Origin: Octopus bimaculoides
Lineage: Eukaryota
DNA: 64,000 nucleotides
Reading direction: 5' to 3'
Assembly (NCBI RefSeq): GCF_001194135.2
Contig: NC_068984.1
Location: 43,241,728 to 43,305,727, forward strand
Shown: positions 38,187-50,846 of the stretch, piece by piece
Numbering within the stretch: the first letter of the stretch is position 1
Layout of the letters: every line of letters begins with the position of its first letter
Notes under the pieces: generated by a model
What the model was told of the DNA's origin: nothing
What the model saw: the letters and a program-made list of their open reading frames with translations, nothing else
Databases searched by the model: none
Position numbers and translations under genes: made by a program

Positions 38187-38223
<37 letters not shown>

Positions 38224-38777
38224 ATTTTGCTTTTCACCTTCATGTTTCCTGTCACATAGTTGTTTTGCTAACTGGTATTATTTTACTTTCTAGACGTAGT
38301 TAATAAATACCTTTTCAACACGAAGCCCCTGATCCGAATTGTTTGTTTGTATTTGTAAGGACCACATTTCAAAAGCACATTTACAAGTAGATTAGAAAAC
38401 ATCAGAGTGACACATCAGAGTAACACACAGTACTGCACCACAATAAATCTACATTCCGATCTCATAGACAGAAAAAATAAAACTAGAGTTGTAGTTGATG
38501 GTCCATACTATTTTAACAGGCGGAATATCTACATTCTATTATAGACTTAATTGCTAAGATTTTCCTCTTCCAATTATATCAGGCATTTATAAGCACCAAT
38601 TTAAGACGAAAACGAACAGCAAGCACACTTGCTTTCCTATCGTTTGTTGTGTGACCATGTTTTAAGTTGCAAGCATCGAGCCGTGGTGAGCTGTTTACTA
38701 TTGTTGGATATTGTTAGCATATAACCTGCTACCAACCAATATGGAACCGACGGATTAATTCATAGAAATAAAATATT

Positions 38778-38979
38778 GATTTCAAATTTTGGCACAAAGT
38801 CAGTAATTTCTGAGGAGGGGTTAAGTCGATTACATCGACTCCAGTGCTAGACTGGTACTTATTTTATCGAGCTCGAAAGGATGAAAGGCAAAATTTGAAC
38901 GTAGAATGTAAAGACGGACCAAAGACCGCTGAGCATTTTTCCCGACGTGCTAACGATTCTGTCAGCTTGCCGCCCTCAG
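38778..38979 (-). mobile_element. SINE family A with 15-bp TSD
   Basis: tagaaataaaatatt at 38763-38777 and 38980-38994. Confidence 0.9.
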
Positions 38980-39233
38980 TAGAAATAAAATATTTCAAAC
39001 GAAAATAGGTTTGCAGTATTTAGTTTGAAGAGTTGAGGAAGGTGTTCTACTGCATAACCTGGCAAGCGAAAGATACGGCATGCGAATCCTTTCAGCTGTC
39101 TTGTTACACTTTACAAATTGATACTGTTATGTTTATCACAGCGCAAGGCCTTTCCAGACTGGAAAGTTCGACTCAGTTGATGTTAAGCTTGAACTTTGGC
39201 TAACAGATGCTTGTTAAATTTAAGAGAAATTTA

Positions 39234-39405
39234 CTGTGGCATAGCTAGAGTGTATGCCGCCCGGGGCAATCCTTGAGTTTGTTGCGCTCTCACTCTGGGT
39301 CCTCAAGCCTACACAGCCTTATACAGCAGACGCAAAAGTGCTTCCCCCAATAAAAGTGTGGCTGGAGTCAAGCATCCTCTCGCCTTCTCTTTAACTATGT
39401 TACTG
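39234..39405. mobile_element. Possible old hAT MITE
   Basis: ctgtggcatagctag / taactatgttactg resemble CAGTGGCGTAGC TIRs; TSD poor. Confidence 0.35.
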
Positions 39406-39989
39406 GAGGTTTGAAACATTTACATATTTGGGTAGGAAGGATTAGACGAAGTGTTTAGTACTGGATTTGAGGAAAAATTGGGTACATTATATGTGCTTGG
39501 GTGGTGGTAGTTGGCCGTTGGCTTGTTCATAACAACAAGAAAAACAAGAACAGTTATAGTAACAGGAGAAAAGACGTTAATGGGTTCAGAGTGTTGATGA
39601 ATGTCTGCCCGTCAGTCTGTCGGATAATATTTTTTTATGAGTGTTATTGATAATATAAATAATCTCCATTTATGCCACTTAGGAAATACATCAAATATTT
39701 TATACAGAATATGTGAAATTCAGTAAATATTTGAATCAGATGTTCATGCTTGCACATTCTTAACAGCAAATACAAAGAAGATTCTGACAAGACATTTGTC
39801 ATTCCCACAAAAAGACACGTTATGTATTTATATAAAATTTAATCAGAGCTGAGATCTCGTGAGTTGCTACAGTCGGCCTTTTATATCCGGTTCGCCAGTA
39901 AGATAATATTCATTCGACTGAATATGTTTTATCTCATTCACCTTAACCGTGTTTAGTATGTCTTACATATTCTTGCAGTGATTTTAGAC

Positions 39990-40160
39990 GGAATACTATG
40001 TGGATTATACCTGTGATTCAATGGTCTAGCAGTGTCACTCAGTGTCTGATTATAGCCCCTGAGAATTACATTAGGGGTCCACATGTACGCGGAATACTCA
40101 ACAACTTACACGCTAATTCAATGAATCTGCTAGTTAAGATGATCGAAGAACTGAACACTC
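39990..40160 (+). mobile_element. Degraded 3' part related to SINE D
   Basis: cccctgagaattacattaggggtccacatgt..caacttacacgctaatt resembles the D tail at 10150-10260. Confidence 0.45.
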
Positions 40161-40601
40161 ATGGTCAGAAATTCTAACCGAGATCCATATTTGAAAAAGT
40201 GAAGAAGAATAGCTTTTCTCGTGATTATTTTCCAATCATTAAAGTTGAAAATCATCATCAAAGTCATTTTTCTTCACTTTTTCAAGTATAAACCACTATA
40301 CTAACGATTTTTCTATTTGTATCGCGCGCGCGCGCACACATACACACAAAATATTAGATTTTTAACGGTAGAACTCGAAGTAGATAGAGCAATAAATAAT
40401 AGCATTGAGTTAAAAAGAACTCTTGGATAGAAAAAGTCGAAGGCATTTTGCTATCCAAGGTGTTTTGTTTTACCCAATGTTCACACGCTATAATTTATAG
40501 CTTTGTATCCCAGTCAAAGAAAAAGACAATATTCATTGGAAGTTTTTAAATTCTTATGACAAACAACACACACAAATAATAATAATAATAATAACAATAA
40601 C

Positions 40602-40635
<34 letters not shown>

Positions 40636-40637
<2 letters not shown>

Positions 40638-41000
40638 CGACGTAGCAGTGCTAGGAGATCAACATCATCACGAAAGAAAGAGAAAAAGTTGATAAATATG
40701 GAGACCTGAGAATTGAGATCCCTAAGATGTGGCAGCTACGAGAGTCGAAAATAAAGGTTATCCCTATTGTCGTTGGAGCATTGGGTTCAATCCCTCCCAA
40801 TCTGAAAAAAACATCTGGAAACCTTAGAGATACCCTACAATCTAGGTGTATTGCAAAAGTCGGCATTCCTTGGAACTGCACGCATATTGCGTAAAGTACT
40901 GTCTGTCTGAGGTCCTTGTGACTTGACAAACAGTACAAATCCCCGGTAGATACAATATCTTCAATCAACACCCTCATGATATTGCATACTGTGTGACGTC

Positions 41001-41001
<1 letters not shown>
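40636..41001 (+). mobile_element. 5'-truncated R4/Dong-clade retroelement (restriction-like endonuclease end) inside (TAA)n
   Basis: IDVAVLGD/NIITKEREKVDKYGDLRIEIPKMW..VIPIVVGALG..LQKSAFLGTARILRKVLSV*; (TAA)n directly on both sides. Confidence 0.85.
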
Positions 41002-41038
<37 letters not shown>

Positions 41039-41074
41039 TAATAATAATAATGATAATAATAATAATGATAAATG

Positions 41075-41126
<52 letters not shown>

Positions 41127-41127
<1 letters not shown>

Positions 41128-41572
41128 CCTTGGATGGAATTTATAAACATTTAATGCATCGCTACGTGCGTTTCTACAGATCACATGTCTCTTGACATCA
41201 CATTCCATATTCCTGGGATGTTTACAGTGTAGTCCATAGTATCCGTGGGCATCGAGTTGATCATCTTTATAAATTCATTTCTTCAGGTGACATAACATTA
41301 ATGGATGTACAACAGAGGATTGAGTTATAGCTGCTTGGCTCAGCCAACCTTCATACTAGTCAAAAGGGATAAGCATTCCTCTGTTGTACATCCATTAATG
41401 TTACATCGCCTGAAGAAAGGAATTCATGAAGATGCTCAACCCAATGCCCACGGATACTACGGACTACATTGATGTAATCATCCCAGGAATACGAACTGTG
41501 ATGTCAAAAGACACGTGATTTGTGGAAACGCGCGTAGCGATGCAGTAAATGTTTATAAATTCCATCCAAGGA
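41127..41572. mobile_element. Foldback element: ~195-bp inverted arms, 57-bp spacer, outward (TTA)n tails, hammerhead-like motif in each arm
   Basis: 41127-41319 is the reverse complement of 41377-41572 at roughly 85% identity. Confidence 0.85.
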
Positions 41573-41740
41573 TTATTGTTATTATTATTATTATATTTAT
41601 CCTACATTATATCGGTACAGATCAATGCAACCGCAAAAAATGGCTCACCAGTCAGTATCATTAGACTGTGGCAGGCATAATGGAATAGGAATTTTATTTG
41701 CATATTCAAAACTTTTCCTGTAAACAAATTTTGTGTCTGT

Positions 41741-41834
<94 letters not shown>

Positions 41835-41842
41835 TTGTGTGT

Positions 41843-42075
41843 GCGCAGGTGTGGCTGTGTGGTAAGAAGCTTGCTTCCCAACCACATTGTCCTGGGTTCA
41901 GTCCCACTGCATGTCACCTTGGGCAAGTGTCTTCTACTGAAGTCTAGGGCCGACCAAAGTCTTGTAAGTGTATTTGGCTGAAAGAAACTGAAAGAAGCCC
42001 ATTGTATGTACATGTGTGTGTGTGTGAGCGTGTCCTTGTGTTTGTCCTTCGCCATCGGTAACCAATGGTAACCAA
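41843..42075 (+). mobile_element. SINE family B 5' half
   Basis: gcgcaggtgtggctgtgtggtaag head and CORE-like box. Confidence 0.88.
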
Positions 42076-42109
42076 AACAAAGAAGGAAGAGGAAAGAATG
42101 TGGTATTAT

Positions 42110-42330
42110 TGGCTTCAAATTTTGACACAAGGCCAGCAATTTTGGTGGAGGGAATAAAAGTCGATTACATCGACCTCAGTGCTCAACTGGTACTTATTTT
42201 ATAGAAGCCGAAAAGGATGAAAGGCAAAGTATAACTTAGCGGAATTCTAACTCAGAACGTAAAGGCAAACAAAGTGCCGCTAAACATTTCGTCCGGCGTG
42301 CTAACGATTCTGGCAGCAGTCCACCTTAAA
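42110..42330 (-). mobile_element. SINE family A
   Basis: Tail, core and head intact. Confidence 0.88.
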
Positions 42331-42564
42331 GAATGCAGTAATATTAGTAGTTAGATAATGAATTATAATGTTTGGCAAAAGGCTTTAAATTTGTACTCAA
42401 TTGAATCGTCTACGTACATTATAGGTACTTAATTTATCGATCGAAGATCGATAAATTCAAAGTAATCCCAGAAGTAAAAGTATGTACAATTCTTTCACTT
42501 TCACTCTCTATCACTACGCAACTATATTTATTTTGTGCCAGAATTGATAGCTTATCAATTGCCA

Positions 42565-43109
42565 GTGAAGTAAAAACTTACAGAATTGGTCCCTAGAACA
42601 GTGGAAGAATGGTATTTTTTCGGATGAGTCATTCTTTACTTTATTTCCGACCACCGGCCGAATATACGTGTGGAGACAGCCAAAAGAAGCATTTGACACA
42701 GACTGCCTTCTTCAAACTGTTAAACAGGTAGGAGGATCTGTGATGATCGGGGTGGGGTGGGGGCTATATCTTGGAAATTCGCCGATCCAATGGTTTCCCT
42801 TCATAGCAGAATTAATTGTCAAGACTATTTAATCATTTTATCTGATCAAATTCATCCTATGGTTGCGGAACTGTTTCCAGAGGGAAACACAATCTTTCAG
42901 GATGATAATACACCAATTCACACAGCTAAAGTTGTTACTGAATGGCACGAGGAACATTCTAGTAAAGTTGAACATCTTATCTGGCCACCACAGTCCCCAG
43001 ATCTCAATAGTATTGAACATTTATGGTGCATTTTAGAAAAACAAGTAAGGAGTCGATACCCTCCACCATCATCACTACAAGAAGTGGAGACTGTTTTAGC
43101 TGAAGAATA
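42565..43109 (+). mobile_element. Tc1 transposase fragment (DD34E)
   Basis: WKNGIFSDES..GGSVMI, FQDDNTPIH, WPPQSPDLNSIEHLW; truncated by gap. Confidence 0.93.
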
Positions 43110-43234
43110 NNNNNNNNNNNNNNNNNNNNNNNNNNNNNNNNNNNNNNNNNNNNNNNNNNNNNNNNNNNNNNNNNNNNNNNNNNNNNNNNNNNNNNNNNNN
43201 NNNNNNNNNNNNNNNNNNNNNNNNNNNNNNNNNN

Positions 43235-43280
<46 letters not shown>

Positions 43281-44834
43281 TGTGTGTGTGTGTGTGTGTG
43301 TGTGCGTGCGCGTGCGTACGTATTAGATTTATCGATATTGGAATTTAGAAGTCTGCTCCCCATATGGTTTAGAAGAAGTAATAAAATTGGTTTTCAAACA
43401 AATATTTTCCTTCATCTATCTGCATACATGGATAAAATGACTTCGAGAAACAGCAGCTCCGCTATATCACGTGGTAATTTTGTATGCTATATGTTATGTG
43501 TGATACAAGAAATGCTACCACACTATGTCTCGTACCACATTCGCGTGAAAAAAGAGAAAATAATGAACATGAAAATAATGTCAGCAAGCTACGTTTGAAA
43601 ATAAAATAAGTATGACATTTCTATCAACAATGCTACTAAAACGAACATTTCTAGCAATTTTTTTGTAGCTGTAACAACAGTAACAACAACATTCGCATAC
43701 ACATGTCAAACAAAAATGTATGCAATAACAATAATTTTGAGGACGGCTGTCATCTTTGTAGCTATCGCAACAGAAAGGCCTGATATACCGAAACTCATGA
43801 GATAAAAAACGGTAGTCTGGCAAAACTATACGGAGCGAGCTTTTCTTTCCTCGCCGGAACAGTATATCCAGGAAAGGGCTAAGAGAAATGGTCACATGTA
43901 TGTGCATAAGGAAAAAGGGTAGAAGGGTGTTGTTTTAGTTACTCTCAAAGCAGTAGGTCGAAGACCTGTTAATTGATGCCACAATGTATGATCCAATGAA
44001 ACACAATGAGACACAGAGGCATCGGCGATGATGTTAGTAGCCTTGGTTTGTTGTCACCTTTGAGATAACTCGAAGGTAGGGAAAATAGTTGTAAAAGGTT
44101 CTTGTTACCATAGAAGATCACAAAGCCTCATTGTAACTGTTCCCAGTCGGAAAAATAGGAACGAAGGGATTGAAACTGGTTTGTATGACAAAAAAAAAAA
44201 AAAAAACTGTTGCTATGGCTGGTTGCAATAGTCACTTGAGGGCTTTTTCACCTTGAAAAGCTGAAGAAGCAAAGAAGAAAAAGAAAGTAATTAATTTGTT
44301 TTTCTATACTGTTATATTCTAAGTATTTACTCTCCTCTTTTCCTTTTTCAAAATTTTCAAAAACTCGTTCCATCCATCCATCCATCNNNNNNNNNNNNNN
44401 NNNNNNNNNNNNNNNNNNNNNNNNNNNNNNNNNNNNNNNNNNNNNNNNNNNNNNNNNNNNNNNNNNNNNNNNNNNNNNNNNNNNNNNNNNNNNNNNNNNN
44501 NNNNNNNNNNNNNNNNNNNNNNNNNNNNNNNNNNNNNNNNNNNNNNNNNNNNNNNNNNNNNNNNNNNNNNNNNNNNNNNNNNNNNNNNNNNNNNNNNNNN
44601 NNNNNNNNNNNNNNNNNNNNNNNNNNNNNNNNNNNNNNNNNNNNNNNNNNNNNNNNNNNNNNNNNNNNNNNNNNNNNNNNNNNNNNNNNNNNNNNNNNNN
44701 NNNNNNNNNNNNNNNNNNNNNNNNNNNNNNNNNNNNNNNNNNNNNNNNNNNNNNNNNNNNNNNNNNNNNNNNNNNNNNNNNNNNNNATATATAATTGCAT
44801 AAGACTTTTGTCCTGCCCGCACATTTTTGTGTAG

Positions 44835-45022
44835 CCCATAGCACGTCGGACAGAATTTTTAGAAGCATTTCTTCCAACTCCTTACGTTCTTAATTCAAAT
44901 ACTGCCGAAATCAACTTTGCCTTTCATCCTTTCGGGTTGATTATATAGGGACCAGTGGCGCAGTAATAATAAGCCCCTTCTTCAAAAAATAGCTGACCTT
45001 GTACTAAAATTTGAAACAATTA

Positions 45023-45081
<59 letters not shown>

Positions 45082-45200
45082 GTCGTTGTTGTTATATTCT
45101 GGGTCAATAAAATAAGTACCAATCGAGCAATAGAGTCGATGTAATTGACGAGCCCCTCTCCCAAAATTTCATACCTTGTGCCAATAGTAGAATGGACTTT
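44835..45200 (+). mobile_element. Two SINE family A copies separated by (ATT)n
   Basis: ~44835-45022 and a 3' half at ~45095-45200. Confidence 0.8.
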
Positions 45201-45299
45201 TATTACTACTATTAACTTCTACTGTTTTGCTTTTAGAAGCGATTGATATTGATAGTTATATCAATGTTTCAAATACTGAATACATTTGATACAATCAAG

Positions 45300-45900
45300 A
45301 GGACTCAGTAAGCACAATCAAACAAACTCTAATTTATAAACTTCATATATTTAGAGAGTAACATCGCAGCCACAGAAGGAAAGCATGTAAAAATTCGTCT
45401 CACGAATGCATAGACTATTCTTTATTGCTTCGATGTCATCTGGAAGTCATCACTATTAAACGTTAAGAGAAGTTTATTTCGTGCCATTGCGGAATTAGTT
45501 GTGTTATACGGATACACTGCTTGATCATTCAGTTAACATCTGGAGACAAGGCTTGAGCCCACGCCCACATGTTACAGGACGTTCTGATTATTTCGTGCAA
45601 AAAAGGCATCCAACTATAACAGTCTTCTTGTAAACAGAAATTTCACGAGAGAAAAAGAGAGAGAGTGGGGAGAGATAGACAGACAGACAGATATACGGAC
45701 AAACAGAAGTGCTTATGCTTGTTGGAATTACTGGAAGGTTGTGTAAGAACTTAATAATATACTCCAATTGACATTTTGACATACATAAATATGGGTCAAT
45801 CTCCAGCAAAATTCTTCATCAACCAGCTCTGTACAAACACAGGATGTTGCTCTACTGATCTCCTAACCGCCATGTAGGATCGTGCTGGGGGTGGGGGCAT
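45300..45900 (+). mobile_element. Degraded RTE-type LINE 3' fragment
   Basis: SNIAATE..VKIRL..IWKS, LFRAIAELVVLYG, FINQLCTNTGC..DLLTAM*DR. Confidence 0.7.
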
Positions 45901-45944
45901 GATCGAGTTCAGCAAATCTGAGCAAGTTCAATTACAAGATTATT

Positions 45945-46505
45945 ATTGAGTTAGAGAGCAGTGCATGCCATCAAAGTGACACTAGGGTAAAATATACGAA
46001 GCCCAGTATACCCATCATGGCTACCCGTCTGATAAGGGTATATCAGGCACATGCATCACACCCATATGTGCGTAACCTACTGATCTCATATCGAGATAAA
46101 CAGCGCATGACCTTGCAGGTGAGGCCCAGTTAGAATTTTGTTCAGGTCTAGTAGCCCATCGCGCCGAAAAGGTCCCTGAATAAGGGTTGTTTAAGGATGT
46201 TGAACAAAACACCCATGTTTCCAAAGGTGAATTATCCAAACCTCAAAGAATTCCTCTCAACACATGGCTATGATGTTCCCTCACTACTTCAGCTCGTGAT
46301 CAAAGATGCACATATCGTCAGCCACTAAAGGACATGCTCAACTGGTTAAGGTCAAGCTACTGACAAGCAAATCTGTGGTATTGAGCGGAATATTTGCTGT
46401 AGCCCATCTTTTATTCCAAGACAAAACAATGCACATGATAACACTTCCAATCAGTTAAGATTAGAAGCAATGAGAGCCACCGCCTGGTACTGCAGCAGGG
46501 CATCT
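45945..46505. repeat. ~560-bp GC-balanced segment, probably an interspersed repeat of unknown class
   Basis: Composition contrast and sharp edges; single copy here, so repeat status rests on my recollection of octopus repeats. Confidence 0.4.
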
Positions 46506-46529
46506 GCCTAGTGCTGCATCAAAGATGGT

Positions 46530-46678
46530 AGAGAGTCCAAATTCACCGAGGTCGATTTTGCCTTTTATCCTTTCAGGGTTGATAAAATAAGTACCAGTTG
46601 AACGCGGAGCTCGATTTAATCGACTTAACCCCAACCCCAAACATGCTGGCCTTGCGCAAAAATTTGAAACTATTATTA
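46530..46678 (+). mobile_element. SINE family A (head truncated)
   Basis: gagtccaaattcaccgaggtcga core to aaatttgaaact tail. Confidence 0.85.
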
Positions 46679-46699
46679 AAGATGGTAGTGTGACCTAGC

Positions 46700-46995
46700 A
46701 GACAAAGTTTAGCAAAATAAACTGCATCTGCTTGAGTCATTAGATTCACGAACTTTAGAAAGCTTTACATGGATATCATTTTTCGCCTCAGTGACTTTAC
46801 TAGTAAGGCATCCCAAATATGTCGAGTTTTCCATACAAACTAGTGGATGACCGTTGACAGTGATAAGTACAGGTTGTTTTTGAGATTTTGATGTTAAGAC
46901 TTGTCCAATTTGCATAACTGATCAGCCTATCAATTTCTTAGTGTAGATGATTCCTCTTTGAGGAGAAGACTACTAGATCATTCTTATCATCAAGA
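46700..46995 (-). mobile_element. RTE RT fragment
   Basis: DLDDKNDL (DFADDL-like), ITVNG....STYLG..DIHVKLSKVR. Confidence 0.7.
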
Positions 46996-46996
46996 C

Positions 46997-47530
46997 CTCT
47001 TCAATGGAAGGAATACACCAATTTGATGCTTCTGGGCTTATTTGATGGGAAAATACGACTTGTAGTGTGATGAATGATGGTAAACGTTTACTTGATTTTT
47101 GCTTCAACAGAATCATCGGAGATACCTTCTTTCTTCACATGAACAGCCAAAAGTTCAGATGGACGTCACCTAATGGTAGATTGGTCCATCAGATAAATCA
47201 TTCTATCATCTATGAGAAATGCGACGGCTACTTATAAATGTTAGAACTGGAGCGACTTATTCAGTGACCAGTGCATTGCTTAACAGCTATAGTGAAGCTG
47301 AAACTTCGCAAGATAAAGGAAAGAATCAACAAAATGTCACAAACAAAAGTGTTTTAACACCAAACGACAGTTTATCCTAGAAATCAAGAATTGTTTCAGT
47401 GCACTTGCTTGCTAAACAACCAAGGACGATGCTCTCAATTAACATATTAAGGAGTAGCAACCAATACTTTAGGCTATAAGAAGAATAAGAAAAGAAATGG
47501 CTAGCTCTTGGAACATAACAGACAATAGCC
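46997..47530 (+). mobile_element. RTE apurinic endonuclease fragment
   Basis: MNDDGKRLLDFC..IIGDTFF..WTSPNG..HQINH, VKLKLRK, LGYKK. Confidence 0.75.
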
Positions 47531-47577
47531 AGAAGCAAACAAGTACATCTCCGATTTCTAATATTACTTTCATTTAA

Positions 47578-47795
47578 AGTAGTGAACTGGCAGAATTGTT
47601 ACCACATTGGACGAAATGCTTAGCGGCATTTTGTCCGCCTTTACGTTCTGAGTTCAAATTCTGCCGAGATCGGCTTTGCCTTTCATCCCCCAGGAGCCGA
47701 TAAAATAAGTGCCAGTTGAACATTGGGATCGATGTAATCAATTTACCACCTCCTGAGAAATTGCTGGCCTTGTACCAAAATTTGAAGCCAATATT
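47578..47795 (+). mobile_element. SINE family A
   Basis: Head, B box gagttcaaattc, tail aaatttgaagccaat. Confidence 0.9.
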
Positions 47796-49231
47796 ACTCT
47801 AATTCAAAAATTCTTTTCTGTTGAATTCGTAAGCCGACAAATTGCCAATTCTACACCATTTGCTAATTTGGTTTGGGTATTGATTTGGTATATAAACAGT
47901 CTGAATGAAAAAGTATAAGAGGACCTGAAGCTGCACCAAAGCCGAGTGACATGTTAGGTTGAAATCGTGGCCCATGTTCTGCCAGGTTCACGCTTTCAAG
48001 TGAGACCAGAAAAACATTAATTTATTATCAGTATTGTCATAGTATTGAATCAAAATTTCCGGATTCATTTGCATCACACTTCAGCCAGTAAAAATGGCTT
48101 TTGTTTTCTAACGTAACATAAGTATTTTTATTCCAGTTGCAACATAATCACTTCTTCAAGTAAATCATATCAATCAATCACTGAATCTACATGTATCGAT
48201 TTGTTGTTGCTAGCAAGGATACTAGATGTGTTTTTTTTCCTTGTTAGTATAACATTAGTTGTGACTATATTGGAGATGGTGTTAATGCTGATTATGGTAG
48301 AGTTGTTAATGTTATTGGCGATGTATATATCTGCCTTTGTGTGAGTGTCACTAGGAGACTAAGCGTCTGGGTGGTAGGATTTCACTCGCTGATCGTAGAC
48401 GTATAAGTGAAATATGAGAGTTTCATTTAAGTCTGGTAGTGGGTGTATAGTTCAGGTTAACAGAATAGTTTTCTCAAGAAAGAAAATGGGAGGGAGAATA
48501 AGTCTTTCATTAATATAAGTAGATACACAGAGGAAAGAGTTAACATAAAAGTGAACACACACACACACAGTATTAACATTACAAAAATAACCCGCAAAAG
48601 ATATTCTCAGAGGCAGTTCCTTTTTCTTTCTTAAATAAAAGAAGGCAAATATTTTCTGAAAACGATCAGTGATGCGATGTAAAGCATTTACGTATATTTT
48701 CATGACGTGTTGTGAAGATTGCATACGGAAAAAAAAAAATGGAGGAGTTTCACTGAATCCGTAAACGAATGACTAACTGTCAGTCTGCAATTTTTTCACG
48801 CCGCCTTAACTCGCCTGTGATAATTAAGGGAGGTGGGTGTGGGTTCATGTATACATTATCACATATTCAGATACGCCCACACGCTCTCATGTATGCACGT
48901 ACGCGCGTATATTCACGCATGTATACTCACGTGTATGTATATATGAATATTGTCAAGGCAAAGAGGAGAGGCATTGTTTTTGATTTTGTAATTTTTCACG
49001 CGGAAAAATCGAACTGCAATCAGCTATATATTTTACCTATCACAAAGTAACCAGTACTTAGATTTGCAACTGGTAGTTTCATTGTTCAAAGCTTATTTCA
49101 TGGCTAGGCATTTCTCTATTCTAAGTGCAAACCTTCATCCAAACATTTTATCGCTAGACATTATCGAACACTGTCACAGAATATTGAGGTTTCTTCCAAA
49201 TTTCAAAGGTGCATACGTACACACGCGCACG

Positions 49232-49326
<95 letters not shown>

Positions 49327-49349
49327 GCGCACACACACTCACACGCACG

Positions 49350-49510
49350 CAGTCGGGGAATTTGCAGAGTTGTTAGAGCGTCGGACAGAATGTTTCGCGG
49401 TATTTGTCCCGACTCGCTGTGTTCTGAGTTCAAATTTCGAAGAGGTCAACTTTGCCTTTCCTCCTTTCGGGTTCAATGAAAAAAAATGCCAATTCAGTAC
49501 AATGAATTGA
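49350..49510 (+). mobile_element. SINE family A 5' part
   Basis: gcagagttgttagagcg..gagttcaaattt..gaggtcaactttgcctttc. Confidence 0.78.
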
Positions 49511-49596
49511 TAGAACTGTCAGCCGGGGTACCTGGTGTTATTTATTCCATCTTCTTGCATCTTAGTTCAAATCCCACCTCCTAATCTAGTAGACTT

Positions 49597-49660
49597 GCGG
49601 TGCCCCAGCATGGCCGCAGTCTAATGACTCAAGCAACCAGAAGAAGATAAAAGAAATATA
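49597..49660 (+). mobile_element. Solo 3' tip of SINE B or its partner LINE
   Basis: gcggtgccccagcatggccgcagtctaatgact..gataaaaga. Confidence 0.75.
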
Positions 49661-49943
49661 AATAAATAAATAAATAAACAAATAAATAAAAGACACTTAT
49701 TCAGAGATTACTTTGGAGCTCTTTAATCGTCTCGTTATTTCATTGAGGAGACTGACCAGTTGTTGATCTGTATTTCGATCAATATAAAAATGTTTAATAT
49801 TCAGGACATTTTCTTTATCTGGGTCATGCACTGACATGAAATTGAAGTTTATTCTAGTTTCATTACCTTGAATATAGTAAAAATCTCTTCTTAGGATATA
49901 AATTTGCAATTGAATGAATTGCATTATCTACAGTTGGATATTG

Positions 49944-50846
49944 GGTGCTACCTTGGCGTGTGATCTACAATTTAAAGGGAAATTACTTAACGTTACTTTT
50001 TAGTTTACTTTTCAATTTCTAGACTTTTTTAAAATAAATTCTTTTGTACATACTTAGCATACTTACTCTTTTACTTGTTTCAGTCATTTGACTGTGGCCA
50101 TGCTGGAGCACCGCCTTTTAGTCGAGCAAGGACTTATTCTTTGTAAGCCTAGTACTTATTCTATCGGTCTCTTTTACCGAATCGCTAAGTTATGGGGACG
50201 TAAACACACCAGCATCGGTTGTCAAGCGATGTTAGAGGACAAACACAGACACACACACACACACACACACATATATAAATATACATACATATATACGACG
50301 GGCTTCTTTCAGTTTCCGTCTACCAAATCCACTCACAAGTCTTTGGTCGGCCCGAGGCTATAGTAGAAGACACTTGCCCAAGGTGCCACGCAGTGGGACT
50401 GAACCCGGAACCATGTGGTTTGTAAGCAAGCTACTTACCAATTTCAAACTTATTTTAGTTATAGTAAAATCACGTTTCCTTTATGTCTTAGTAAATAATA
50501 ATAAGAAACCAAGAGTAAACAATATGATAATTAAAATTAGCACGTAGGTCACACAAGTTTGACAGCCGCAAGTTTTGCAACGTAAAGTTAGTAAAATTTC
50601 ACCATTTTTCCCTTCTCTTCGAGCTTCCTTTATTTTCCCACCGCAACGATGACATAGTACAACATTTTCTTCATCATTTAAAAGGCCATTTCTTCGTAAA
50701 AATGCAACTACCTTCGTCTCGTCACTGATCACATTGTAAACATCTTTAGCCAACATAATAAGGGATTTTAGAAATTGAGAAGTAAATTAAAAAGTAACCT
50801 AAAGTAATCGCCCTTTAAATTGTAGATCACATGCCAAAGTAGCACC
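49944..50846 (-). mobile_element. Merlin (IS1016-like) non-autonomous transposon
   Basis: ~80-bp TIRs starting GGTGCTAC, 8-bp TSD ggatattg/gaatattg, N-terminal ORF 50481-50756 (VAFLRRNGLL..CHRCG..LRCKTCGC). Confidence 0.85.
50062..50440 (-). mobile_element. SINE family B nested in Merlin
   Basis: Near-consensus sequence; head slightly truncated. Confidence 0.93.

Noticed and set aside
40651-41208. 185-aa minus-strand ORF
   Set aside because: Antisense to the Dong fragment plus (TAA)n
43610-43805. Signal-peptide-like MLLKRTFLAIF.. ORF
   Set aside because: Stop codon in the T7 run; hydrophobic ORFs are common in AT-rich DNA
43990-44190. Possible RTE endonuclease traces
   Set aside because: Motifs need several corrections; too degraded to call
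46440-46505. Weak resemblance to the U2 snRNA 3' stem
   Set aside because: Only ~10 matching bases; no Sm site or remainder of U2
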